Below, one piece after another: positions 41,767 through 54,094 of a stretch of 64,000 nucleotides of DNA; positions within the stretch are counted from its first letter, which is position 1, and the number at the start of each line of letters is the position of its first letter. Source of the DNA: Octopus sinensis. Lineage: Eukaryota. Under the pieces are notes generated by a model. The model searched no databases. It was not told the origin of the DNA and worked only from the letters and a program-made list of their open reading frames with translations. A program made the translations under genes and the position numbers. The stretch is from assembly GCF_006345805.1 (NCBI RefSeq), contig NC_043012.1, positions 49,600,001 through 49,664,000 of the forward strand. Reading direction: 5' to 3'.

Positions 41767-42120
41767 CGTGGTGATCTCATTCTCGCCCACAACATCATAA
41801 GCGGAAAGTGTAACCTCTCGAAAGAGCTGTTCTTCACTCCTGCTCCAGAGCGTCGGCTGCGGGGTCATTCCGAAAAGCTCTACCTGCGACGATTTCATCT
41901 CAATCGAAGGAGAGGAGCTTTCTCCGTCCGGGTTGCGGATCCGTGGAACAAGCTGCCAGACGAGATGGTGAAGATGCCGACGACCGCTTTGTTCAAAGCC
42001 TCCCTGGACCTCAAGTGGCCTGAACTCTTTACATGAACACCACCCTGTACTTAACTCCATGTCCCCCTACTTGGCCTTGCTATTTGCTTTTGAGCCAAAT
42101 TAACTAACTAACTAACTAAC
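41763..42120 (+). mobile_element. CR1-clade LINE, 5'-truncated 3' end with (TAAC)n tail
   Basis: RRGDLILAHNIISGKCNLSKELFF..WNKLP..WPELFT*; colinear with the 15761-16300 copy. Confidence 0.92.
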
Positions 42121-42391
42121 TTCTCTGTGTGTAAGAAGGAAAAATATAAGACATTATAAAAAAAGATATAGTTACATCAGCATTATTATATTTACGTTGC
42201 ATATCACTAGGTAACTATAGTTACATAAGGCAAACTACATATCTATAGTTTAATATCCAACATTAGAGATGTTGAATTGTTCATACATTCGATAGAAAAC
42301 AAAATATTATATACCCTTCTGAAGACAGCCCACAACTCTGGGCTACTTCCTCGACTGCCCTGATTACATCCCAATTACATTGTGAATAATA

Positions 42392-42606
42392 CTCTTCTAT
42401 TCTTTTACTTGTTTCAGTAATTTTACTGTGACCATGCTGGAGCACCGCATTTAGTCGAGCAAATAGACCCCAGGACTTATTCTATCGGTCTCTTTTGCTG
42501 GACCGCTAAGTTACGGTGACGTAAACACATCACCATCGGTTATCAAGCGATTTTGGGGGGACAAACACTGACACACAAACATATACACAGACACATACAT
42601 ATACAT

Positions 42607-42652
<46 letters not shown>

Positions 42653-42676
42653 TTACTACACAGCCACTCCTGCGCC
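42392..42676 (-). mobile_element. SINE family D, internally deleted
   Basis: 3' half plus the extreme head (CAGCCACTCCTGCGCC) joined across a TA array. Confidence 0.8.
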
Positions 42677-42724
42677 TAATAATGATCCTTCCACAGCTAT
42701 ATCTTTGTGACCATTAGCATTAAA

Positions 42725-42868
42725 TAATCCTTTCTACTATAGACACAAGGCCTGACATTTTCGGGGATGGGCTAGTCGATTACATCGATCCCAGTTTTTC
42801 ACTGGTAATTATTTATTGACACCGAAAGGATCAAAGGCAAAGTCGACCTAGGCGGAATTTGAACTGAC
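42725..42868 (-). mobile_element. Partial SINE family A
   Basis: GACACCGAAAGGATCAAAGGCAAAGTCGACCTAGGCGGAATTTGAACT. Confidence 0.8.
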
Positions 42869-43208
42869 ATTAAATAATGATTATGTAATTTGTAATATGT
42901 ATCCAATAATCACCTTAACTCAACGAAAATACGTGAGTTGCGTTGACTGAATATCGTATAAAAAAAATCTCTGCTTTGTTCTCCACATATATGTTAACCC
43001 AAAACTGAAAAATCAATTTAATAACAAACTATAAAATGGCAATACATGAACGGAGTTACACAGAGATTTTAATACTGTTTATTTGTCACGCAGTTTAAGG
43101 TAAAATTGCACAGTATGGATATGCTGATATCCATCCAACAATCCAACCGTTCATCAATCCAACCACCCATCAGTCCATCCGTCCAGTCATCCATCCATCC
43201 ATCTATAC

Positions 43209-43246
<38 letters not shown>

Positions 43247-43247
43247 A

Positions 43248-43278
<31 letters not shown>

Positions 43279-43652
43279 TCGGTCCGTCAGAGATGCCCCT
43301 TCTCGCCGCTTCTCTATGTATTGACTCTCGAGCCATTATTGCGGAAGTTGGCAACTCTGAGGGGCATCCCGCGAGAATTGGAGTGCGGGACGAGCGTGTC
43401 TGCATACGCGGACGACGTCACCGTCATAGTGTCTAGCCACGAGCACATCGAGCTGGTCGGCGAGATACTGAAAAACTACGAAGCGGTGACAGCGCGAAAA
43501 TCAACCGGGAAAAATCAGTGGGCTTACTGCTCGGCACCTGGAGAAGCAAGCCCATACCGTCCACCAGCATCTCCGTCGTAGGACGCTGGATCGACGGTCC
43601 GGTCGAGTTGCTCGGGGTCTGGTGTGGTCTGGACCTCCAAATGGAGAAAAAC
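43279..43652 (+). mobile_element. Tx1/L1-clade reverse transcriptase fragment
   Basis: SVRQRCPFSPLLYVLTLEPLL (RQGCPLSP motif), AYADDVTV, then after a frameshift KINREKSVGLLLGTW..LLGVW. Confidence 0.9.
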
Positions 43653-43863
43653 TGTGTGCCTGTGTTTGCCCCCCACCCCAACATCGCTTGACAACCAATG
43701 TTGGTGTGTTTACGTCCCCGTAACTTAGTGGTTCGGCAAAGAGACCGATAGAATAAGTACAAGGCTTCCAAAGAATAGGTCCTAGGGTTGATTTGCTTGA
43801 CAAAAGGCGGTGCTCCAGCATGGCGACAACCAAATGACTGAAACAAGTAAAAGAGTAAAAGAG
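43653..43863 (+). mobile_element. SINE family D, 3' half
   Basis: CATCGCTTGACAACC..GGCGGTGCTCCAGCATGG..GTAAAAGAGTAAAAGAG. Confidence 0.85.
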
Positions 43864-44699
43864 ATATGTTAAAATAAGATGTCAGTGTCATTTTCATATT
43901 TGCGTAATTTAGACGACTGCTCATTCGCCGCATTTGGATATAGATATATACAAAGTATACAAATACGTATCAGAGATATATAGAACACAAAGAAAGACCG
44001 TGTTGCATTGACGTTTTAAAACCGCCAATTCAAAAATGTGACAGTAGGATAATATAAAAAAAGCAAAAATATAGAGAAGATGCCGTAAATTTTATTTAGA
44101 TTGGACACGAAACTCAGTCAATAGCGAAACGCATTTAACAATGCGCTGTGTAATTTAGCGATTCCCGACACTTATTTATGAAAAGGCTTTGTATGGTCAA
44201 TGTCTTGACATAAATATTTTTCTTGGTTTTGAGAGGCTTTAACAACATGAAGACAAGCCAAATTGGCATAACTTTCAAACCTAGCACCATAACTACATTT
44301 CCAATAGAATAGCAGCGAGAAAACAAGGTGATTGCAAATTGTGGTCTATTTAAGTTAATGTGAGACATAAAAGATTTGTTTTTCCCCGTTTCTGAACAAA
44401 ATATTCACTTATTAGATGCCATATAAATAAACACCTTATATATATATGTATACAATGTGTGTGTGTATACATACATACATACACACACACATATATATAT
44501 ATATGTGTATGTGTGTGTGTATACGTGTATGAATATATATATATATAAACATTTTTATACATGTGCATAAGTGTGTATCGCTCTACGTGTCTGTACATAC
44601 ATAGATACATACATAGATGCACACATACATACATACATACATACATAGATTCATACATAAATACAAACATACATACATATATACGTACATACATACATA

Positions 44700-44735
<36 letters not shown>

Positions 44736-45374
44736 TGTGTGTGTTTGTGTGTATGTACGAGTGCTTATGTGTATATATAAATAAAGTGATAGCACTCTGA
44801 TGATTAGAAATGTCACATTTTCCATCATGAGAATCTACTGTTTAGTTAGAATGTCATTGCTGTCTTGTTTACCTGGTTGACTGATGAGTTTTGACTCAAA
44901 AGTGTATAGTAAAGAACGAATTTTCTGAGAAAACCCGCATTTCTAACCTTATGGGAACTTAAAGCGGTTTGAGCATTTCTAAAAATCAAAATTATGAGAG
45001 GTATATTTGTCTGACCACGCACGCGCATTACCAATGCCCTCATTCCTTTACGTCCATGTTATTTGTGCGTCAACGAATTTCAAGTTGCATAATTTTATAT
45101 TGATTGCAACTTAATTGTCAAATATAAGTACCTCTTTATTTTTCTTCGTGCACCAATTCAACTGACCCGGTTCTTGCTCCTAGATATCACGAAATATTAT
45201 TTCTCTCCACTTCACACTCCGTAATAATAGGATGTCATAAATAACCTGTTCGAAAAGTCTTTGAAGGTCATGTAACTTGAGACCGCATTTCATGAACACA
45301 TGATATATATATATATATATATATATATAAGTAAATAAATGGAGTTGAACGAAGATGTTATTAAAATTCTGTTA

Positions 45375-45457
45375 CTTTCGACATATGTTTCGAAGACAAC
45401 ATTGGTTTTATTCCAAAGGAATACACGGTGTAAAATGCAATCTTCTCATCAGGAAAG
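45375..45457 (-). ncRNA. Minimal type I hammerhead ribozyme with canonical core (PLE-associated)
   Basis: Minus strand: CUUUC CUGAUGA GAAGA [44 nt loop] UCUUC GAA ACAUAUGU C GAAAG. Stems I and II are each 5 bp perfect, stem III is palindromic, and the triplet is GUC. Confidence 0.8.
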
Positions 45458-45740
45458 AAAGCCTATCTCAACAACAAGACATAACAATTACGATGACTGC
45501 CTTTTTACACCAACAGTAAAAGAATTTTAATAACATCTTCGTTCAACTCCATTTATTTACTTACACTACGCAAATTACTACACATTAACCCGGAGTTTCT
45601 ACCTTTGAATAGGTCGCTACTTCCGTGTTACTTGCGTGAATTTTGCTATCCTGGTAACTGTTTATTGAATTTTCCATGTTAACAGTAAACAAAGGATATT
45701 CCTTATCCATTTATATATATATTATAATATATATATATAT

Positions 45741-45971
45741 ATATATACCAATTAAGACTGAACACGAAAAGGTGGACAGTCAACATGCTAGATATAGACG
45801 TCAAATCGCCATTCTCCACAAAGATTTTGTTCTCAAATAAAAATAAAAATAAAAATAAAAATAAATAATTTTTATTTGAGAACAAAATCTTTGTGGAGAA
45901 TGGCGATTTGACGTCTATATCTAGCATGTTGACTGTCCACCTTTTCGTGTTCAGTCCTTAATTGGTATATA
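45741..45971. repeat. Long near-perfect palindrome (~105 bp arms, ~22 bp spacer)
   Basis: 45741-45845 is the reverse complement of 45868-45971 with one 1-bp indel. Confidence 0.95.
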
Positions 45972-46045
45972 TAATATTTTAATCTTCGGATTCTTTTTAA
46001 TGTGCTAGACCACTGGTTAATTGACTAATATCAATTTCTACCTTA

Positions 46046-46082
<37 letters not shown>

Positions 46083-46829
46083 TATGTATTAAACGCTAGT
46101 ATTTGCATTAAAAAAATCACTCTTCAAATCTTTAGAATCTATTGATTAGTTAAGAAGTTGCTGTTCGCTTTTTACCTGGTTGTCTGATAAGTTTTGAATG
46201 TTGCACAGTCTAACTAACCGTATTAGGCTTACGTCAAAGGATAAACTATTAATGAAACGGTTGTAGCAATACCAGATAATCTCTTCGACTGTTTTTATTA
46301 TTTATGTACGCATGAATGTACATTTATATATATATGTGTGTGTGTATGCATGTTTTTGTGTGTGTTTGTGTTTGTATGCGTACATAAGTAGACTTGCATT
46401 CAACACACACCAGCTGATAGTCAGGAACACATATCTACGAATACATATACACATCTAGAAAAAGACAGGTAAAAATATATTGTAATGTATGGCTTCGCTT
46501 ACGTAATACAAAGCATTGAAACACCAATCAACTGAGATCATTCAATAAATCATTAGAAAAGCGTGAGTTGGTGTGCTAAAACTAAAAAAAATAACAGACG
46601 TAGGGCGTAAATCTGTCCCTATATGCGTTACTCACAAAACAGGCCTGCGCGCATCCATACAGAGGATAGCAAATATACAGAGACAAGTATGAAAAAAAAA
46701 AAAATTGGCTGAGTCATTTCGGATGATACATTTTAACTAAGATCAACTAATTTGTACTCTGTTGACTTCATCCACACGTACACACATAGACACACACATT
46801 CGCACACACATACACACATATATACATTG

Positions 46830-46980
46830 AATATATATATGTATATAATATATATAAATATATATATATAAGCATTCATATATGTTAGTGTATACATGTT
46901 TACATTAATATATATATATGTTTATATTAATGCACGCATACACATACTCGCATATATCTACGTTTATTTGTATATAAGTA

Positions 46981-47020
<40 letters not shown>

Positions 47021-47722
47021 CATACACACACACACATATATATATATGTATGTATATATATATATATATAATATATATATATCTATATATATATGATATG
47101 TATATAAATATAAGCTTATAGCTATTCATACAAAAGATATTAAGGAAAAACGGTTTTATCTTCACATGTATTTTATTTATCGCACCACTCATTGCCTTGT
47201 TGAACAAGCAGAATGAAGTATAAAGGATACATATACACAGAAGCAAAAACAAACAAAAAATAAATCGAAGAAAAAAACAGGGAAAAAAACATTAGAAAAG
47301 CAACAAAAAAAAAACACGGCGACAAGCTCATCTAAACACACGTAGACCCGGACACAAATACAGAAACATATATTTATTCAAAGTTGCAATAATATATCTG
47401 TCCACGTGTATTCTTATAGCAATATATTTTAATATAATTTATTCATGTGAATTTACATACTTGATAGCAACTGTCTGAAAGCTTTATAATGGTGCATAAT
47501 CTTTTTTTATTGTTTTATATATTTTCCGCAATACGTTTTATCCCAGCTCATGGGAATTCTCAGTAATGGATGAGACTCATATTTGTTATATACTATAAAT
47601 GTAAATTGTCAAATGCTATTCTTGCTTATTTAGGTCGAATATACATGTGTGTATGTCTGAGTGTGTACGTGTGATTGTTTGTGTAAAGAATATACGTATA
47701 TATGTGTACATATATATATATG

Positions 47723-47800
<78 letters not shown>

Positions 47801-48164
47801 TGTATATTATATATGCATATATAATTGCATAGATATATCTATACACATATACTGCTATATGTGTATACACGCACACATACACACACGCAAAAGCATATAT
47901 GAGCATACGTTATACACATACATAGACATACGAATGCTTTTGCATGTATATTTACTTACAATTATGCATTTGTGTGTATGTTTGTGTGTGTGTTTTGAGT
48001 ATATAATTGAATTTTCATATTTGGTTTTAGTGATTGGTGGTCTAATATGCATATATGCTTATTTATATAGGCATATATATATATATATACATACACACAA
48101 ATAATATATATTTATGTATATGTAGTTATATACATACACAAATAGTTTTTCATCCACCTATATA

Positions 48165-48203
<39 letters not shown>

Positions 48204-48210
48204 GTATGTA
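46830..48210. repeat. Cluster of (TA)n-rich microsatellites
   Basis: Tracts at ~46830-47100, 47690-47810 and 48160-48200. Confidence 0.85.
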
Positions 48211-49061
48211 TGTACATATCATCACACACATGCATATACACAGACACGTTTTTGCAGACATGCGCATCTACGTTTTAAAAACTGGATGGCAAAACAAAAT
48301 AAATTAAAGAAAAAAAAAGAGAGTAAATCAGGAGTCTACGTCTAGAACATTAAAAGAATATTTTGTAATAAATCTAAAAGACACAGAAAAAAAAAGAAAA
48401 TACAAGTATCAACATTATCACGTTATTGAGCTTGAAGCTTATTGATGAAGTAAGACAAATTTCGTATGACACGAATTAACTCGAGGTTTCTTAAACTGAT
48501 TTAATCAGTTTCAATGCGCTTATAATTAAAAAAAAAATTAAGTTAAAGAAATGAATAGTAAAAAGAATTCCCAATGAAGTTAGCGTTGATTCTCATGGCT
48601 GGCAAGGAATGTCTGCTTGAGTGAAAATGTTTTATACGACTTATCACTTGCTTTGTTTATTATTTGTTTGTAACATAATTTGGTTCCTTTTCATTAGTGT
48701 TCCTCATAGACACGAAGAACGAAGCACCTCGGTTTCTGGCTTTCATGTGTCCTACCTAAAAAATTACTTGAAATATGAAAGAAAGACTAGTTTATTGAGC
48801 ATTGATTTAACTTTTTACATTCGTTAGTTGTATGTTATCTCCCGCATTAATTATTCGGTAGAGCATCAAACTATAATCTCTCATACATTAAGATATCCGA
48901 TATGAAGACCGCGGGTTCGTGTCCTTGCAGACTCATGATTCCTTTTTATAGCCATTTTTCAGCAGTGTGAAGAAATGATGAACAACCTTAATAGATTTTT
49001 GATCATTATTGGGTTCTCATCAGAAGCATCCACATCATCATTGTAACAGTCTCCAGAGAAA

Positions 49062-49106
<45 letters not shown>

Positions 49107-49228
49107 TATAAAACCGCCTTACCAGTTCAAGTATGCATTTGCTTTCTCACAGTTTCCAATATACTTCAAGCATACTTGATTTTGTAATAAGCTTGTTTTT
49201 ATACACATCACTTTCTTTCGTTCTAAAC

Positions 49229-49274
49229 AAAAGTGTCCGACGAACGGGAACGTGAAACTCTGAGTAACAGTTTT
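49229..49274 (+). ncRNA. Minimal hammerhead-like motif, U4C core variant, within a PLE-like repeat (~49110-49365)
   Basis: AAAAGUGU CCGACGA ACG GGAA CGU GAA ACUCUGAGU A ACAGUUUU. Stem I is 7/8 paired, the loop is GNRA, and the triplet is GUA. Confidence 0.55.
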
Positions 49275-49519
49275 TGTGCTATATTTTCTGCTTTTTAATA
49301 AAGCATATTACTCTACCTCTTGTATTTGAGTACTATTTTTTCCACCTTATTTCATATTTATGTGCATATTGAAAGAAATTGTAAGACAACAAAAGAATGA
49401 AAGTCACCTCGATATTATGTAAATTCAGGAATTTATCTGTAAATATAATATGGGACAATTATTCGGTAGACATGATAAACTCCAATACCGATTAATTGTC
49501 ACATATTTTATATATATAT

Positions 49520-49553
<34 letters not shown>

Positions 49554-49617
49554 ATATATATTATTAGTGAATGAAGAAATGGAGTTGAACGAAGATTGAA
49601 CAGAATTCCTTTTATTG

Positions 49618-49701
49618 CATTCTACACATGTTTCAAAAGCCACAATTTTCCAAATTCTGATTAAATAAGGATACCATATTGTGGCTTTCTCTTCAGGAAA
49701 A
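49618..49701 (-). ncRNA. Minimal type I hammerhead ribozyme, same family as 45375-45457
   Basis: UUC CUGAAGA GAAAGCCACAAU [loop] AUUGUGGCUUUU GAA ACAUGUGU A GAA. Stem II is 12 bp, the triplet is GUA, stem I is weak, and the downstream AUCUUCGUUCAACUCCAUU is shared. Confidence 0.7.
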
Positions 49702-50641
49702 AAATAGGAATTCCGTTGGCAGAACAGAGGCGCAGCAAAGCAATTTGAACGAGGAGGCTCTTTAAGAGCCCATGGCTGAACTGATTATCAATGTACACCC
49801 CTTGCTCTCACCTACTGGATTTGACCGCCGCCTGACCTGTAAATATCCTCAACGCACCCACCACCCGATTTCAACGTACATTGATAATCAGAATATTAAA
49901 ATTCAATTATCCGCACCAACGCACGGTTGCAACACCAAATGGTTTTATCTCCAACCGTGCTTTCTTCTGCTGTGATTTTTCCTACCAAGCTATCGGTTAA
50001 ACTTTTGATTAATCTGCAACAAGATTATTCATCTTTCTATTTTACCAAACATATATATATATATATATATATATATCTATATATATATGTATGTATGTAT
50101 ATATGTATGTATGTATGTATGTATGTGTTGTGTGGACACCCCCAGAAGATGAAGTAGGCTAGCCCAATACGTAGATATAGAGGGAGAAGCCTAGACGTCA
50201 GGTGTACCAGAGTAGCGGTGAGAGTTGAGTAGAAGGCACTCGAACGTGCGACATAACAGTATGTATGTGTACGTTTTCAATGTGTACAAATAACACGGAA
50301 AAAAATATAAATAGTTACCAAGGTAGCAAAAATTCACATAAGTACCAAGGATATTACAGCCTACTTATAAATGTAGAAATTCCAGGGTTAAGTTGAATGC
50401 TTTTTGTATAACATGGATAAATCAAGAAAGAAAGTCAAACGCAGGTGTTATTCAAATCATTTATACTTCCAAGATATGCTTCGAAAAAACATTGAGGTTA
50501 TCCGGAGGGAATAAAAATGATGTAAAACAATGCAATGATCTCGTCAAGGAAAAGCGAAACAAAACACATCAAAAAGCTATTTTAACCGAATGTGATTACT
50601 GCGTATATGATCAAGGGGAACGCTAGCATGTTATTAAAATA

Positions 50642-50685
<44 letters not shown>

Positions 50686-51499
50686 GTATGCATGTATACA
50701 CACACACACGCGAGATTTTGTTCTTGAAAGTGCGCCTGAATTTGAAAAAATTGTAATTGTTTTTAAATACATTTTTTTACATATATAGCAAACTAGTTTC
50801 AACAATTTTTTTTGTTTCAATGGCATAAAAGTTTGGGATTTAAAAAATTTTAAACTTCGAAGTAGAAAACAATCTTAAATGATTAAATGTTCACAAAATT
50901 CAATAATATCAAAAATAATCAGCAAAAAAATATCTAAAAAATGTGGATCACAAATAGTTCAGCCATGCTGAGTTAAGAGAGAGAAAAATAAGAAGAGTGT
51001 GAAAAAGAGAGTTTTTTTACAGCTTCTGTCACCTTGCGTCTGATTCTTCTTTTCCATCGCGTACAGGGTTCTTCGCTTGCAACGGAGTGATTTGGAATCA
51101 GTGTATCTATTATTTATGTTTTTTTTCCTTGAAAGAATCAAAATTTTGATTTGTTATAATTCTGATAACGTCTCATTCTTTCTAGTGGTCAAGTTGGCGT
51201 TCTACCTGGCTGACTTCTTTGTAGGGAATGGTCATTAATAGTTGATTCTCAATTGGTTGAATCTTTTAAAGGGTCTTTTTTATATATTTTTTTTTCTGAG
51301 AGTTCGGTTCTGATCGGAGGTAAAATTTTATTGGTCTAGAACTAGGTGACGTCTGCAACTGGTGTTTGTATTTTGTTATTGTATGGTGGTTTAGAGCCGC
51401 CGTTTCGAAACCTGATAGGAAAACTTACTAAAGTTATCGAATTATGTCTGTTGTATCTGGTTGTTTTGTTTATGGAGAAATATAATTTGTTCTTCTTTC

Positions 51500-52575
51500 T
51501 AAGGGATATTTAGCCGTTTCTTATATTTTTTATTGAGTGTGCTTTCCTTATTCAATCGGTATTGGGTTGAAATGTTTCCAGTGCATTGTTACAGAGGGAA
51601 GATTTGGTATTGCGAGCTCATGTTAACAGGGCATTGGTCCAGGTGTTTACTTACGGGAATTTTCCTGGTCGTAGGATCCTGGATTTGTTTCCTGTCCCGT
51701 CACTCTTTTCCACAATGTCAACTACTTTGACATATGTAGTCTACATCACATCCATCGCCTTTGAGAGTATAGATAAGTTCTTAGATGCACTGGTGAAGTG
51801 ATTTTTTTAATACAAAAAGTTTGACCTGACTTATATTTATGTGTTGAGCCCTCCAAGAGGTCGACGCAAGTCCTGCAGTTAGAGTGGTTACAGTTTTTGA
51901 CTATTGGGGTTGTATTTTTTGTGGGTAATTTGGCGCTGGTGAGTAACCTTTTTAGGGATTGCGGTTGTCTCTTGCTTTTAATAATCCTATGTTTCCAGTG
52001 CATTCTTCACTAACTGGTCATTCGTAAGGAGGGGGTATATTTTGGTGGATGATGGTGTATGACACAATGTTCCTCGAATTGTGTGTTGATGCGTAAGATA
52101 AAGTTTTGAGTGTGCCATGGGGTTTTCTTGTTTGCCGTAAGTCTTGGATATCTATCGTTTTTGCACGTTCTATTCCGTTTTTTATTAAACTAGCCGGATA
52201 TTTTCTTTCTAGTAATGTGTTTTTAAGTTCTTGGAGATTTTATGCAATCGCTCAAATTCTTCTTACTAAGTTGAACGGTATATTAATTTTAGTAATGTTT
52301 TGGGTCTCAGGAAGAGAATAGAAAATATTGCTGTGAGTCCGTTTCAATTTCAGTATCTCTTTTTATAATTAAGATGTTCAGGCAGAGTAGCTCTTTGTAG
52401 ATGTATTCCATTGCAAACTGGGTACTAATCCTGTTGATTAATTTCTTGAATTCTAAGAGTTGCTCAAGTTTATGCGACCGCAGAATGAAACAATCATCCA
52501 GGTAGCATTTCTAGTTCGTGAGTAAATGTTTCTAGAAGTTGTCCCGTATATTTGGACTTCCAAGTATGCCATAAC
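51500..52575 (-). mobile_element. Penelope-like element fragment: RT C-half plus GIY-YIG endonuclease, degraded
   Basis: CYLDDCFIL, IPFNLVRRI, IIKSKRQPQSLKRLLT, CNHSNCRTC, LIY..GCDVDYICQ (GIY-YIG), RKIPVSKHLDQC; stops and frameshifts present. Confidence 0.88.
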
Positions 52576-53254
52576 AAAATAGACAAAAGCAGAGGCTTCC
52601 TTTGTTCCATCGCAGTGCCCGATTTTTATCTATAAAATCCTATATGTTCATACCCTTGATAAACGAAAACTTTTTGAAACTAGTTGGGTATTTATGTAAA
52701 TAAATTTATTTAAAAACAATTACGAGTTTTTCAAATTTACGTGCATTTCCCAAACCAAATTCTCCTATACATTTTTCTGCTTTGAAATACATCCCTTTTT
52801 TCTATATATATACTTTTAGGGCAAATGTCTCTGAGTGCTCCCGTAAAAAGATCCTATGCTTCTTGTTATTTCTATCTTCCAGAGCAGAGTAAATCCTATG
52901 GGATTGTTATACATGCGAAACTCTTTACAGCGTATGATAAATATAGTAATAGCTAAAATGGCTTGTAGGTGGACATTTTTTTAGACCATTAATCCATTTT
53001 TAGATCTGTTCATTTGTACTGACATTTTGACATTCATAGTATATTATGAAATGTTATTTCTAACATCTATGAATCTTGTGCATGTCTCTACGCCATATAT
53101 AAGCCGAAGATTCATAGATACAGTAAATAATATTTAATAATATCATACGGATGTAAAAGTGTTATCACAAATGAACATGTAGAATGCTGAAACGTATGTC
53201 ACAATAGACTAATAATGTCTAAAAATTTCCTTCCACAAGTCATTTATATTAATA

Positions 53255-53410
53255 CTCGAGCCCTTCATCAACGGGAGCAAGCGTTGCAAGAGGTGCATAG
53301 CTGAACGGTGTAGAATATTAAAGAACTCGGATAACATCTTACATTCCTGGACGAAAATCATCGGAATCTGCTTACATTTCAGGAAATTTCTACTGAAGTC
53401 TTGGGACCCC
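53255..53410 (+). mobile_element. Penelope-like element C-terminal fragment
   Basis: EPFINGSKRCKRCIAERCRIL..ICLHFRKFLL resembles the PLE PY..SKRCxLC..EK..CRH..KFLL end. Confidence 0.7.
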
Positions 53411-53719
53411 AAAGCCTAACGGGTTGATTACTAATAGTGGTCTAAGGGAGATATTCCCTTGCGCTTAACCCTTCACTTTCGTCTGTGTTTTCAACAACAA
53501 GCCAGAAGGTATACTCTTTCTCCAGTTTGAAGAGAGGTTATAGGCCACCAGCCATTAGGATATGAAAAGGTGCTGTAAAGCTAAGTGCATTGTGGATGGG
53601 AAACCCAGGGCAACCCCATGGACCGGCCATAAGTATTTTTATCTAACTAATTACTCTACTGCTCTATAACTCAGAGTGCGCTTCTTTTTCGGATTTATGA
53701 TGTACTGACGGTATATATA

Positions 53720-53930
53720 TGTGTGTGGGTGGGTGTGTTTGTGTCTGTGTGCATGTTTGTGCGTCTATGCGTCAGTGTTTGTCCCCCAACGTCTCTTGAC
53801 AAATTGTTTTCGTGCCTAGTCTATCGGAAAAGAGACTGATAGAATATGCAGTATCCTTGAAAAACAAAAATAAGTACTGGGGCCGATTCTTTTCACTCAC
53901 AATCTCCAAGACGGTACCTCAGGTTGGTCG
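53720..53930 (+). mobile_element. Degraded SINE family D, 3' half
   Basis: GTGTTTGTCCCCCAAC..AAAAGAGACTGATAGAATA..AAGTACTGGGGCCGATT. Confidence 0.65.
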
Positions 53931-54094
53931 CAGGGACAAAAAATAATTTAGTCATGATAAGTAGGGCATTGTACGTTGAGTACAGCTAACGGTCATATGA
54001 ACACATGTCAGTCGATATTTCAGCTGTCAAATAATAATCAATATGATACAAATATTATTCACAATGGTTTAAAATTATGGTTAAAGGTGAAAGG

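Noticed and set aside
44070-44125. Hammerhead candidate ..GAAGATGCC..GAAACTCAGTC
   Set aside because: The 3' half fits, but the CUGA core and stems I and II are too degenerate.
50140-50260. Possible degenerate hammerhead in a PLE-like repeat
   Set aside because: No intact CUGANGA or GAAA could be placed.
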